The notes beneath the pieces are model-generated. The model had not been told where the DNA came from. It ran no database searches and was given only the letters and a program-made list of their open reading frames with translations. Positions 22,757-33,676 of a stretch of DNA of 64,000 nt are shown in pieces (position 1 is the stretch's first letter; the number at the start of each line of letters is the position of its first letter). The stretch spans positions 96,001 through 160,000 of the forward strand of contig CAWCNS010000008.1 in NCBI GenBank assembly GCA_963796965.1, written 5' to 3'. The DNA comes from Calditrichia bacterium (lineage in GTDB: Bacteria > Calditrichota > Calditrichia > JAJRVZ01). The position numbers and the translations under genes are program-made.

Positions 22757-22867
22757 ACCATCCTCCGCTATTAAGGTGCTTGTTCAATAATATGAATCTC
22801 TCACAGAGTCGCAAAACCGCTGAGTGATAAAGATTTGCGTCCAAGAAGTTGTAATATAGTAATATTA

Positions 22868-22925
22868 AGATCCTGAAACGAGTTCAGGATGACCAAGTCG
22901 TCATCCCGAACTTGATTCGGGATCT
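22868..22925. repeat. Pair of GTCA-tagged REP-like palindromes
   Basis: AGATCCTGAAACGAGTTCAGGATGAC followed by GTCATCCCGAACTTGATTCGGGATCT. Confidence 0.85.
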
Positions 22926-23022
22926 GTATGACAAGACTAATCTGTAAATGATTCTTTAATATTTCATCTTTAGTCTTTAATCTTGAAAGCTAATTTGTGA
23001 AATTCGTGGACCATTTTTTTAC

Positions 23023-24489
23023 TTATCGGACCAGGAGCATTTTACGTGCTTTTACGATGCCACCAGCATTTATCCTGTAGAAATAAATACCGGAGGCATG
23101 GTTTCGGGCATTCCAGATAATTTTATGACTACCGGCAGGTTGTTTTTGATCCACAAGATTTTCAACCATTCGTCCCAAAGCATCATATATATTAATGGTA
23201 ACATGACCAGGATTGGCCAATCTATAAGGGATTGTTGTTGATGGATTAAAAGGATTTGGATAGTTTTGCTCCAGAGAAAAATTCTCGGGAATATTTGCAG
23301 AATTGTTTTCGATTGCCAATGGTGGTGTCGCACCGGATTGCATCATATGATACATATACAAATGCCCCATACTCACATACCAGACGTTTTTCTTGTTGCT
23401 GATATGGTCCAGATGACTCCAGACATAGGCACTATCCCATTCTACTACATTGGGATGGCACATCAGATGATAGACGCCACCCGTATCCATCACCTCGTCA
23501 AAAGCATTGTTTAAATCGGTACTGTCATCAGTTCCAATCCCCCACCCTAATCTTTCACGCGGCGGATCAAAGGCACGGGTTACACCCAGAGCAAAATAAG
23601 ATTTTGTCTGATCATTCCATTCGGCGAACTCTGTGTAGCCCGGATAGTAAAGCCGGTTCACAAGATATTTATTTATACCAACAAGGGAATCAATAATGGC
23701 GTCATTATATCCATTTGGTGCGATAAAGGTGTAGAGATATTCCTTATAGTCTTTTTTAAAGGAGGCCGGGAGGTTTACATTATTAAGAATATCCTGCCTG
23801 GATCCCGTAATCTCAGAATTATAATCTGAATAGGGATAGGGATGAGATCTTGAATGGGAACAAGCCTCTACTAGCCCGGAATCAAGTTGCGTCTGAATCC
23901 TTTGCCAGGCATCGACATTACATCCATCGGTTACAATGCCGCAGGATAGCCACAAATTATAACTCCTAAATATACCTATTGTGCGATCAAATTTATTGGC
24001 ACTCCACCCCGCCCAATCATCTGCACTGCAGGTTACTGCAGCATCGCGGTCATCATAAAACTTGCATATCTCTACAAAAGTCATTGGTATAGTGCTGCTA
24101 TCAGCATCAACAATTTTTATTATAATCGAATCACTCTTTTCTCCAAATCCAACAGAGATATAGGTAATACCCAGAGTGGTATCAAACCGGGCGGCTTCTA
24201 TCCCATTAAAAAAATCTTCAGAAGTTTTCTTTTCTATCTCGGTCCAATAATCTTTTGATTGATATTTTTTAAAGACACGCAAATTTTTCATTAAGGCACT
24301 ATATTCAAACTTGTAAGTCAGTGGAAAAGTTAGTCCATAGTCCTCATGAATATCAGGATGCACATCAATTACGGTTTCATATGCTAACGTTTCACTAACG
24401 GACATCAGGTCCGGGTTCTGGGCCATATGAAGGGATGGCAAAGAAAAAAGTATAACCATAATTAATGTCAAACCAGAATTAATTTGCAT
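23023..24489 (-). CDS. Polysaccharide deacetylase-like (NodB/CE4-like) protein with canonical T9SS type-A CTD
   Basis: CSADD, SHSRSHP, APNG and CHP motifs; CTD QNYPNPFNP...SGIYFYRI...KMLLVR. Confidence 0.75.
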   Translation of the reverse strand: MQINSGLTLIMVILFSLPSLHMAQNPDLMSVSETLAYETVIDVHPDIHEDYGLTFPLTYKFEYSALMKNLRVFKKYQSKDYWTEIEKKTSEDFFNGIEAARFDTTLGITYISVGFGEKSDSIIIKIVDADSSTIPMTFVEICKFYDDRDAAVTCSADDWAGWSANKFDRTIGIFRSYNLWLSCGIVTDGCNVDAWQRIQTQLDSGLVEACSHSRSHPYPYSDYNSEITGSRQDILNNVNLPASFKKDYKEYLYTFIAPNGYNDAIIDSLVGINKYLVNRLYYPGYTEFAEWNDQTKSYFALGVTRAFDPPRERLGWGIGTDDSTDLNNAFDEVMDTGGVYHLMCHPNVVEWDSAYVWSHLDHISNKKNVWYVSMGHLYMYHMMQSGATPPLAIENNSANIPENFSLEQNYPNPFNPSTTIPYRLANPGHVTINIYDALGRMVENLVDQKQPAGSHKIIWNARNHASGIYFYRINAGGIVKARKMLLVR

Positions 24490-24602
24490 AAAACTTCTCC
24501 GTCCAGTGATATCACCTTTAAATGAAACAACAAATTTTACTATATTAACAAGGGAACAGTTCTGAAGAGAAATGAATCGGTCTCCCTTTAATCGCGTAGA
24601 TT

Positions 24603-25661
24603 CTAAAAAGTTAAGGCGAAGGTATAAATGGATGTATTTGATAAGATCTGCATATCTTTATAAACATAACCTATCTTCATTTTTGTATTATGTAAAAGAT
24701 CTATCTGCAACCCCATTCCTAGCGTCATACCATAAGGATTCTCATCCATTAACAAACCACGATACCCACCCCAGAGTGAAAACTTACCAAATCCCACAAA
24801 TGAAAATTCGTATTCTGCCCCCATATTGAGAGATTCGTTATTATTATTCGGATGTAGGGCATCGACAGATAAGGTTATTCTCTGGGTTTCACTAACTATT
24901 GGTGTAATGGATGTTCCGATTCTGAAGATTAACGGCAGTTCCCATCCCTGAACACGGTATTGTCCTTCAACATCTTTATAATTGCCATTTTCATTGGGCA
25001 GGATATCAATCGGCTGCAACAAGTCAATCCCGTCATATTGCATTCTTGTACCATAATTTGAGATACTCATACCTATTTTAAGACCGTTTTCACGATTATT
25101 ATTTGGAGAAAGAAAATCAGTATCTACAAGAACCCCCAAATCAACTGCTCCGGCACTGGCACCCACATGCCAGATACTCGAGGTTACGTACTTTAGGCTG
25201 GCGCCAAAAGAAAACCATTGTACAATCTTTCTGCCATAGGAAAGTACAAATGCATATTCATTGGCTTCATACGTCTCACCAGTCCCATCCTGCATTGACA
25301 TGGTCGTCACTTCAGTTCGTCCATAATCCATGTTTGTTACCGCAAATGCAACTGTTCCGATATTCGGAAATACAATTCCCGCACCAGCGAAGTTGACATT
25401 AATTCCCGCTATCCATGGTTGATGCATGACCAGAACTTCATTATTCGGTAAATAGGCTAATCCTGCAGGGTTCCAGTATAGTGAGGATAAATCCCTGACC
25501 GCACTGACATAGGCCTCTCCCATAGCATTTCCAGCACTACCAATACCCATTTCCAGAAAGTTAGCTGCTGTTGTTCCAACACGATAAGGCTTATTTTGTC
25601 CTATTGAAATCTGGGAAAAAATAAATATAATAAACACTATTACAGGTACGAAATATTTCAT
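24603..25661 (-). CDS. PorV/PorQ-family outer-membrane beta-barrel
   Basis: GTTAANFLEMGIG..AMGEA..YWNPAGLA; terminal Phe. Confidence 0.82.
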   Translation of the reverse strand: MKYFVPVIVFIIFIFSQISIGQNKPYRVGTTAANFLEMGIGSAGNAMGEAYVSAVRDLSSLYWNPAGLAYLPNNEVLVMHQPWIAGINVNFAGAGIVFPNIGTVAFAVTNMDYGRTEVTTMSMQDGTGETYEANEYAFVLSYGRKIVQWFSFGASLKYVTSSIWHVGASAGAVDLGVLVDTDFLSPNNNRENGLKIGMSISNYGTRMQYDGIDLLQPIDILPNENGNYKDVEGQYRVQGWELPLIFRIGTSITPIVSETQRITLSVDALHPNNNNESLNMGAEYEFSFVGFGKFSLWGGYRGLLMDENPYGMTLGMGLQIDLLHNTKMKIGYVYKDMQILSNTSIYTFALTF

Positions 25662-25708
25662 AATGATCTCCCTCTTCGATCGTACATTTGCATTAAGGCA
25701 AAATTACC

Positions 25709-26120
25709 TTATTTTGAAAGTATCATTTTTTTTGTTTGAGTGAATTCAGGTGTCGAAATTCGATAGAAATACACCCCATTGCTGCTTGCTTTTCCGGATG
25801 TATCATTACCATCCCAAACCACCTGATGGTTTCCCGCAACTTGTTCAGCATTTATAAGTGTAATTACTTTTTTACCAAGAATATTAAATACATCAATTTT
25901 AACCATACTACCTTTCGGTAGCTCATAATTTATAGTAGTTCTCGGATTGAAAGGATTGGGAAAATTCTGCTTCAGCGCATAATTTTTGGCAACCTCCGGA
26001 TCATCTACAAAACTAACCGATAAATATTCTTCGATTATATCATTAATTCTCTGAATATCTTCTCCATCACCCAAATAACGAATGATCCCCTTCTGATCGA
26101 TAACGGCTGCCCAATTATTT
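25709..26120 (-). pseudogene. N-terminally truncated remnant: redoxin-like tail plus T9SS type-A CTD
   Basis: Frame reads WAAVIDQKGIIRYLG..QNFPNPFNP..KMILSK. No signal peptide or ATG; begins ~30 nt after the stop of paralog G. Confidence 0.6.
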
Positions 26121-26145
26121 GATTAGCAATTACTTATTCACCAGA

Positions 26146-29100
26146 TCACTTAATCACCGCAAATAAACCTGTTTTTTCTTTACCGGTTTCCTTTGATTTT
26201 ACATAATACACATACATTCCTGCTGCGATTTCCAGATCTTCTTTTGTGAGTAAATCCCAATGTACTATGCCATTACTTGGTTCATTTTCTACATCAATTT
26301 TATCGACAACGATGCCACTTGAAGTGAAGATATAGATCTCACATTGAGCAGGAATATGGGTAAACATAATCCTGCGACGTTGATTCAAAAATTTATTTCC
26401 AACCGCCGGCTCCATCGAATTTGTCATTATATAGGGATTTGGCACCACCTTTATGTCATCCATCGTGGCGTTAAGCGCAGTCTCATTAACATCACCTAAT
26501 TCATCAATTGTAAATATCAATGAATCTGACTCAAAAAACGGTCGATAGAAATCGTAGCGGTAAATATCTCCCGGATTGGGTAAATCATTTTCATCTTCAA
26601 CGCCGATGAAATCAAAGCCGAAGACTGTACCACCCCAGGAGATAAGTTTTGAATTACCAAGCGACCTAATAACAGCAGGACCAACCAGAACTCTATCCTC
26701 AAGAATATCGAAGGACCCATTCGAATTCAAATCGTCAACAACTAATTCTAGTGTATCCAGGACACCTGTCAGATCATAGGCCGTCTGGTTAACGACATAA
26801 AAGGGGAAAGCCTGGTCAAAAAGAAAATTACCATCTCCTCCATCAAGATTTTTTATGCTTGTTTTTTTATTCAACCGGTTGAGGTACACGGAATCATTAT
26901 CTGTAAAAACAATATCATACATGTAAGGAAATGCATAATATTCATTAAAGCTTTCCTTTACATTAATCTTCGAAGTACCGACTATCCATCCTGTATTCTC
27001 TTCGTTAATCCCTGATTCCGGCATGGGCAGGTGAGGTTGTACCGGCAAATATCCATTGAGACCTGTCATGTTCAATTGAATACCGTCAAAATTGTCTGTC
27101 AATATTTCTTTGGCCTGGTAAAATGTCGCTACGAAAGGTGCTGTCCCACCGGAGAGATAATAAATATTTTTATCATCTCGGGTTATCATATTATCCAGCG
27201 TGTAATAATTTATTCCCTCTTCATAGACCAATTTATTTCCCGCTGTTACATCATAGACATACAGACCGTTATTTACCCTTACCATATCCAGCGGATGTCG
27301 ATCATTTATATTCCGCTTTATATAACCTACGGTATCCACCTTAAACATTACCTTATATGTGTGGTTTGGTTTTATCAGATCCCTATCAAAAACGGTGGGC
27401 ACTATCTTCCCATTGCCCAACATTTCTTCGGAATTTACTGTTAACGAGGGTTGTTCAAATCCTGCAGCGACCTGACCGGGAGTGATCACGGCAACATTTT
27501 CACCCAAACGTACAATTTCTTCTGACTCATCAAGTTCGATGACAATATTGTTCTCCGAGGGTGATATGCCATTTCCGATATTTGGTGCACCATAATCATA
27601 AGCAACAATGGCATAGTAGTAAGTGCGTCCGTTCTGCACCTGTTCATCAACATAATGATGGCTGATTCCGGTCTCATCACCCAGATAGAATTCGGCTCCA
27701 CCAACTACACCATAATTTGCATGACCGCTAATAGTGTCGATCAGATCACATTGAAAAATGGGCTTCTTAAACATTTTAACGCCCTGACTGTTGGTAATCA
27801 CCTCAGCATCAGAGAACAATTTGTCGGTTGCACGATACAGCTTATACCCCTCAAAATCGTTGATATTTCCTATGAACGGCTCTCTGGTGAGTTGATCAGC
27901 TACATTATCCCAGGATAAAACAACTTTTCCATCGCCTGCTGTCGCAGTTAGTGTGGGCATTTTAGGGGGCTGTGCGAAACGATAATCTGCTTCGTAGATA
28001 ACCTGTGCTATTTCCTTCAACTTATAAATATTTGGGGCATAATGAGATGACGAGTTTAAATTGCCCAGGTCTTCATATGCATGAAGCATGGCGATAGAAA
28101 TGCGTTCTGTTCTTCCTTCAAAGAGTGGGAAAGTAGATGAGGAAAACAGGAAATCTATCGGCTGTGGGGTTGTTCCGGTATATTCATCGAATTGATGGGA
28201 GTTTAAATAATCAAAAAACTCTCTGTCGGAGCTGGGATACCAGAAATTTGCACCTCTTTCGGAGTAACTCGATAATCGGAATGTGGTCAAACCAAGCATA
28301 TCTGACTCACTTACATCGGTAGCGGCAAAATTAGGTTCACAGCCCACACCTTCTTCATAGTCAGGCCGATGATTGCATTCGCCTTCATCCGGGCCAGTGT
28401 AATTTAGATCCAGCGGCCCGACGCCATCTAATCCGACATCATCCCCTGGTGTTTCTCCTGGGTCCGGGAACCAGGTCTGGGTCTCAGTGTCAAAGTAAGA
28501 ATAATTACCATCATTGTTGAGATCTGTTCCATCCTGCCAGTCCTGATCTTCATCACCCTCATAATGGTCACGCAGATCTTCTTCTGACTTTTTATAGGTC
28601 TCTAAAAAAGCAGATAAATTATAAATTCCGTCGTAGGGCCCGACTATTTCCCCTGCCTGATTATCCCGCTTTTCATCAATAAGACCATCTTCATCATTAT
28701 CGGTACCATCATAAGCCACTCCCGGACTTTCCAGAAATGCACAGGCAAAAGTACCAGGAACTCTGCCGCCTACCGCAACACCATCCCAGTCCCAGGCATA
28801 AGCCATGTCAAGAAAGGTATTAAAATATCCCGTATCATCATCTTCCCCATGCTCATCGCCGACGGATAAATCGGTAACGATCGCAAATCCGCTTACAGGC
28901 AAATCATAATCAGATATATTAGAAATATCGAATTCCCAAAAAATTAAATCCCTCGCTTCGGGATTATTCCATTGAAATCCCCGCGTACTGATTCTTAGTC
29001 CCAGCCCTCCCCAGGGATATCCTCTTTGCACGGTAACGTTCGGATCGATATCGCCAATGTGCACGTCAGGACGTGGATAATATCTGGGTCCCTCCGTTAT

Positions 29101-29760
29101 TAAATTTTCCTCGGGATCATTCCTCCGTACGATATATTCAAGATCCTGAGCATCATTGAACGCATAATAACATTCCAGAGCGGCATATTTAATCCCCCGC
29201 CCAAAACGACCATTCCATTCTCCGGGCCATTTTTTTTGAAAACCGGTTGAAGGCCAACCTTCAGATGGCCAGGAATTTTCTTTATTGCTCATGGCAATAT
29301 AATCCTGAGATTCGTTAAAATATCCCTTTACAGGATAAAATCCCCATCCTATGGTACTCTCATAATTTACATCACCGCTGTTCCCAAAAGATTGCGTATA
29401 ATAAAGTGAATCGACCTTTTCTGATCCCAAATAGGATTGCAGCTCATCAAGAGATTCTATAGGGATCGAATCTTGTCGAACATATACCTTATTCATTATG
29501 GCGAGATGGAGATGGTCAATCATCCTTACACCTTCATAATTATTGGGCCATCTGGAGTCATCTACGCCTTTGCCCCACCAATCGGCACATCTACCAAAAT
29601 TCTGATAATATAACAAAACCCGGTTACCGTTCATATAACCTTCTCTTAGGTTTGAGATATCTCCGGCTGGATCCTCCGGACCTTCGTAAGGTTTACCCTG
29701 AGCAAAAAGGTTTGTAGAGAAAAGAGTGAATAGTATAATTAAATAAGTAATCTGTTTCAT
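26146..29760 (-). CDS. Large secreted/surface protein, paralog G (1204 aa): acidic Ca-binding-like motifs, FN3-like domain, variant CTD
   Basis: Signal peptide LFA-Q; WPGEWNGRFGRG; DGxDNDxDGxxDE; PTLTATAGDGKVVLSWD..YYYAIVAYD; VVPNPY..GLFAVIK. Confidence 0.85.
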   Translation of the reverse strand: MKQITYLIILFTLFSTNLFAQGKPYEGPEDPAGDISNLREGYMNGNRVLLYYQNFGRCADWWGKGVDDSRWPNNYEGVRMIDHLHLAIMNKVYVRQDSIPIESLDELQSYLGSEKVDSLYYTQSFGNSGDVNYESTIGWGFYPVKGYFNESQDYIAMSNKENSWPSEGWPSTGFQKKWPGEWNGRFGRGIKYAALECYYAFNDAQDLEYIVRRNDPEENLITEGPRYYPRPDVHIGDIDPNVTVQRGYPWGGLGLRISTRGFQWNNPEARDLIFWEFDISNISDYDLPVSGFAIVTDLSVGDEHGEDDDTGYFNTFLDMAYAWDWDGVAVGGRVPGTFACAFLESPGVAYDGTDNDEDGLIDEKRDNQAGEIVGPYDGIYNLSAFLETYKKSEEDLRDHYEGDEDQDWQDGTDLNNDGNYSYFDTETQTWFPDPGETPGDDVGLDGVGPLDLNYTGPDEGECNHRPDYEEGVGCEPNFAATDVSESDMLGLTTFRLSSYSERGANFWYPSSDREFFDYLNSHQFDEYTGTTPQPIDFLFSSSTFPLFEGRTERISIAMLHAYEDLGNLNSSSHYAPNIYKLKEIAQVIYEADYRFAQPPKMPTLTATAGDGKVVLSWDNVADQLTREPFIGNINDFEGYKLYRATDKLFSDAEVITNSQGVKMFKKPIFQCDLIDTISGHANYGVVGGAEFYLGDETGISHHYVDEQVQNGRTYYYAIVAYDYGAPNIGNGISPSENNIVIELDESEEIVRLGENVAVITPGQVAAGFEQPSLTVNSEEMLGNGKIVPTVFDRDLIKPNHTYKVMFKVDTVGYIKRNINDRHPLDMVRVNNGLYVYDVTAGNKLVYEEGINYYTLDNMITRDDKNIYYLSGGTAPFVATFYQAKEILTDNFDGIQLNMTGLNGYLPVQPHLPMPESGINEENTGWIVGTSKINVKESFNEYYAFPYMYDIVFTDNDSVYLNRLNKKTSIKNLDGGDGNFLFDQAFPFYVVNQTAYDLTGVLDTLELVVDDLNSNGSFDILEDRVLVGPAVIRSLGNSKLISWGGTVFGFDFIGVEDENDLPNPGDIYRYDFYRPFFESDSLIFTIDELGDVNETALNATMDDIKVVPNPYIMTNSMEPAVGNKFLNQRRRIMFTHIPAQCEIYIFTSSGIVVDKIDVENEPSNGIVHWDLLTKEDLEIAAGMYVYYVKSKETGKEKTGLFAVIK

Positions 29761-29784
29761 TTATTTACCCCTATCTTGAAGATC

Positions 29785-29921
29785 AGGTTATTAGGCTATT
29801 AGGCTATTGAATTGGGTAATTGGGTAATTGGGAAACAAGGTAATTACCTAATAATCCAGTTACCCTGTTACCTTATTACCCTATTACCTTATTACCTAAT
29901 TACCTTATTAACCCAATTACC
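29785..29921. repeat. Empty octamer inverted repeat (GGTAATTR)n/(YAATTACC)n
   Basis: Arms abut at the palindrome GGTAATTACC (29839-29848). Confidence 0.9.
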
Positions 29922-29924
29922 GAC

Positions 29925-32900
29925 TCACTTTATCACCGCAAATTTTCCAACTTTTTCCTTACCGGTCTCATTCGATTTTACATAATATACATACATCCCA
30001 GCCGCAATTTCTAAATCCTCCTTAGAAAGCAAATCCCAATGAACGATACCATTGCTCGGTTCGTTTTCTACATCGATTTTGTCAACTAATACACCGCTGG
30101 ATGTAAATATATGTATCTCAGAGCGCGCCGGGATGTTGGTAAACATGATTCTCCGCCGCTGGTTTAAAAATTTATTTGCCACTGCCGGTTCCATTGCATT
30201 GGCCATAATATATGGATTTGGTACAACTTTGATATCATCCATAGTGACTATTTAAACTTGCTTTATCTGCCTCCGCAGGGAATTCTGTTGTGAACATGAT
30301 CGAATCGGTTTCAGAAAACGGCCGTCTAAACTCAAACCGATAGACATCACCCGGTTTAGGTAATTGATTCTCATTTTCTGAGTCTAAGAAAATCAAAGCC
30401 GAATACGGTTCCTCCCCAGGAGATCAGCTTTGAGTTGCCAATTGTTCTCACAACAGCGTGACCTGCTATAATCCGGTCCTCCAGAACATCAAAGGTCCCG
30501 TTTGAATTTAAATCATCAACGACTAACTCCAACGTATCCGCTTTTCCAAGAAGATCAACGGCCGTTTGATTGACGACATAGAATGAGAATGCCTGATCGA
30601 AAAGAAAATTACCTCCTCCGCCATCAAGATTATTTATACCTGTCTTCTTATTTAAGCGATTCACATAAGCAGAATCTCTGTCACTAAAAACAATATCGTA
30701 TGTATAGGGAAATCCGTAATACTCATATGTACTGTTTTGGACATTGATGGGAGCATCACCAACCACCCAGCCGGTATTTTCATCATTTATCCCATTTCCT
30801 GGTGCAGGTGTTGCATGATCGGGGGAAAGTATCCGTTCATTCCAGTCATCTTTAGTTGAATTCCATCAAAGCTATCGCTAATTATCTCATCCGGGCGATA
30901 ATATTTCGTTTTGATAACTTTTGTTTTGCCGGAAAGGAGAGCAGTGACTTTATCATCCCGATTGATAATATTGTCAAAGGGAAAATGTAGGGTATCTTCC
31001 TGATAGACCATACTATTTCCCTCAGTCACATCATATACCTTAAATCCACTATTCAAGGTAACAAAATCCAGAGGATGTTTGTCATTTAGATTTCTTTGTA
31101 TGTATCCTAACGTATCAACTTTAAATTTTACCTTATAGGTATGATTCGGCTTTATAGAGTTTCTATCAAATATGTGTGGCCTGGCTTCTGCATTACCTAT
31201 CGGTGCCGTATCTTCTGATTTTAAGGAAGGATTTTGATAACCTGCAGCCAGTTGATGGGGAACGACAACGACTATATTTTTTCCCATTCGTATGACTTCT
31301 TCAGCCTCATCTAACTCGAGGGTGATATTGTTCTCAGTGGGAGAAATACCATCACCAATTTCAGGTGCCCCATAATCATAAGCGACAAGCGCATAATAAT
31401 ATGTTTTCCCGTTTTGAACCTGATCATCGACAAAATAGTGACTGATCCCCGTATCATCACCCAGATAGTATTCCACACCTCCAACCTCACCAAAATCAGC
31501 ATTACCCTTAATGTTATCTACCAGATCGCATTGAAAAATTGGTTTTTTGCTGGCTTTTGCACCCTGATTATCGGTAATGATTTCCGCATCCTGAAAATAC
31601 TTGTCCGTGGCACGATAAAGTTTATAACCCTCAAAATCATTAATTCTGCCTAAGAATGGTTCCCGGGTATATTTATCTGCAACATCATCCCAGGTTAAAA
31701 TAACCTGTCCATCACCTGGTGTTGCGGTTAAAGTGGGTAAAAGAGGAGGCTGCGCAAACCGGTAGTCTGACTCGTAAATAATTTGTGTTGTTGCCTTTAA
31801 AACAAAAAGATTTCTGGCAATGTGCCCTGGGGCAGAAATTTCATATAAACTCTCATAAGCATGGAGGAGGGCAACTGAAATTCGTTCTGTACGGCCTTTA
31901 AAAAGCGGAAAGGTTGATGATGTTGCTGCAAAACCTAATCTTTGCGGTGTTCCTCCGGTGTATTCCTCGAATACATGAGCGTTAAGGAAATCAAAACAGG
32001 TCTCATCATCATCATGGAACCAATCGTTATTTGATCGATCAATATCCGACATCAATCGAAACGTTGTTAAACCTACCATATCAGATTCTGAAACGTCGGT
32101 TACAGCAAAATTGGGCTCACATCCCTGCCCTTCCAAATAATCAGGCTTATGGTTACATTCGCCTTCATCGGGCCCATTATAGTTAATATCCAGCGGACCA
32201 ACACCATCAAGACCGACATCGTCACCGGCGAATTCTCCAGGTTCAGGAATCCAATATCCTTCCTCATTCTTCTTTACATACATGCCGTTCTCGTTTGCAT
32301 CGTAACCATCCTGCCAATCCTGGTCTTCATCTCCTTCAAAATGGTCGCGCAGGTCTTCTTCAACCAAGTCATATTGTTCCAGGAAATCATCCAGATTATA
32401 TATATGATAATAAGGGCCAACGGTTTCTCCGGCCGGATTATCACGCTTTTCATCAACAATGCCATCTTCATCATTGTCGACGTTATCATAGGCAAGACCC
32501 GGACTTTCCAAATAGGCTGTTGCAAAGGTGCCCGGCTCAATTCCTCCAACGCCTATACCATCATAATCCCAAACATAGACCATATCTAAATCGGTATTAA
32601 AAAATCCAACATCATCATCGGGTGAATGCTCGTCACCGAGAGCCATGTCGATATCATACCCAAAACCACTTATCGGTAAATCGTAATCTGATATATTTGT
32701 AATATCAAATTCCCAAAATATTATATCTTTAGCTTCCGGATTATTCCATTGAAATCCACGCGTAGCAATGCGTATTCCTAAACCACCCCAGGGATAGCCC
32801 CCTTGTACAGTTACCTCGGGATTTATATCGCCGATAAATCTACCGGGCCTGGGATAGTATCTGGGACCCTTTTTAATTACATTCTCTTCAGGATCATTCC

Positions 32901-33553
32901 TTTGTACAATCTTTTCCAGATCCTGAGCATCATTAAATACAAAATAACTTTCGAGATCGGCATATCTTATACCCCGTCCAAAACGGCCGTTCCATTCTCC
33001 GGGCCATTTTGTATCGAAACCTCTGGAGGGCCAGCCCGCGACAGGCCAGGAATCTTCTTTATTGCTCATGGCGATATAATCCTGGGTCGGATTGAGATAG
33101 CCTTTCACAGGCATAAACTGCCAGCGTATCGTGCTGTAATAATTTGCGTCATAATTCCAGATCCATCCGGATTGAACAAAAATTAACGAATCTATCTTGC
33201 CTTCAGATTTTAATGAAGCGACCTGATATAAATCTGTTACAGGAATTGAATCATTTTCAACAAAAACCTTACTAAATACAACTACGGTGCCTACATCGAT
33301 CATTCTCGTGCCCAGATAATTGTTTGGCCATTTACTATCGCGCATGTTATTATAACCAAATTTAAAAATGTCCGCAATTTGACCATTATTGAGAAAATAG
33401 AGCAGAACCCGGTTGCCATTCATAAATCCTTCACGCATCTCTGAAATATCGCCTGCCGGATCCTCAGGCCCTTCATAGGGCCTGCCCTGGGCGAAAAGGT
33501 TGTTAAAAAAAGAGTGGATAGCATAAGTGAGAGAAAAAGTATATGATTTGCAT
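29925..33553 (-). CDS. Paralog F, split by at least four frameshifts
   Basis: ATG 33553 with a frameshifted signal peptide, then ORFs 30787-33438, 30371-30766 and 29925-30242 colinear with G; ends GKFAVIK. Confidence 0.8.
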
Positions 33554-33570
33554 TATCTAAGTAAATTTGA

Positions 33571-33661
33571 TAGTTATGTAATTAGTAATTTGTAATTTAA
33601 TCATTATTAATCCAATTCAACCCTTACAATGTGCCAATTACCATTACTATAACCAATTTCC
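33571..33661. repeat. Degenerate GTAATT/AATTAC inverted repeat
   Basis: ATGTAATTAGTAATTTGTAATT ... CCAATTACCATTACTATAACCAATTTCC. Confidence 0.5.
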
Positions 33662-33676
33662 TCATTAAACTGTTTG

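Noticed and set aside
7855..33553. Programmed frameshifting or mass pseudogenisation of CAZymes and paralog F
   Set aside because: Single-base indels are scattered across unrelated genes, several in homopolymers, with otherwise intact motifs. This fits long-read consensus error, though reads are needed to confirm.
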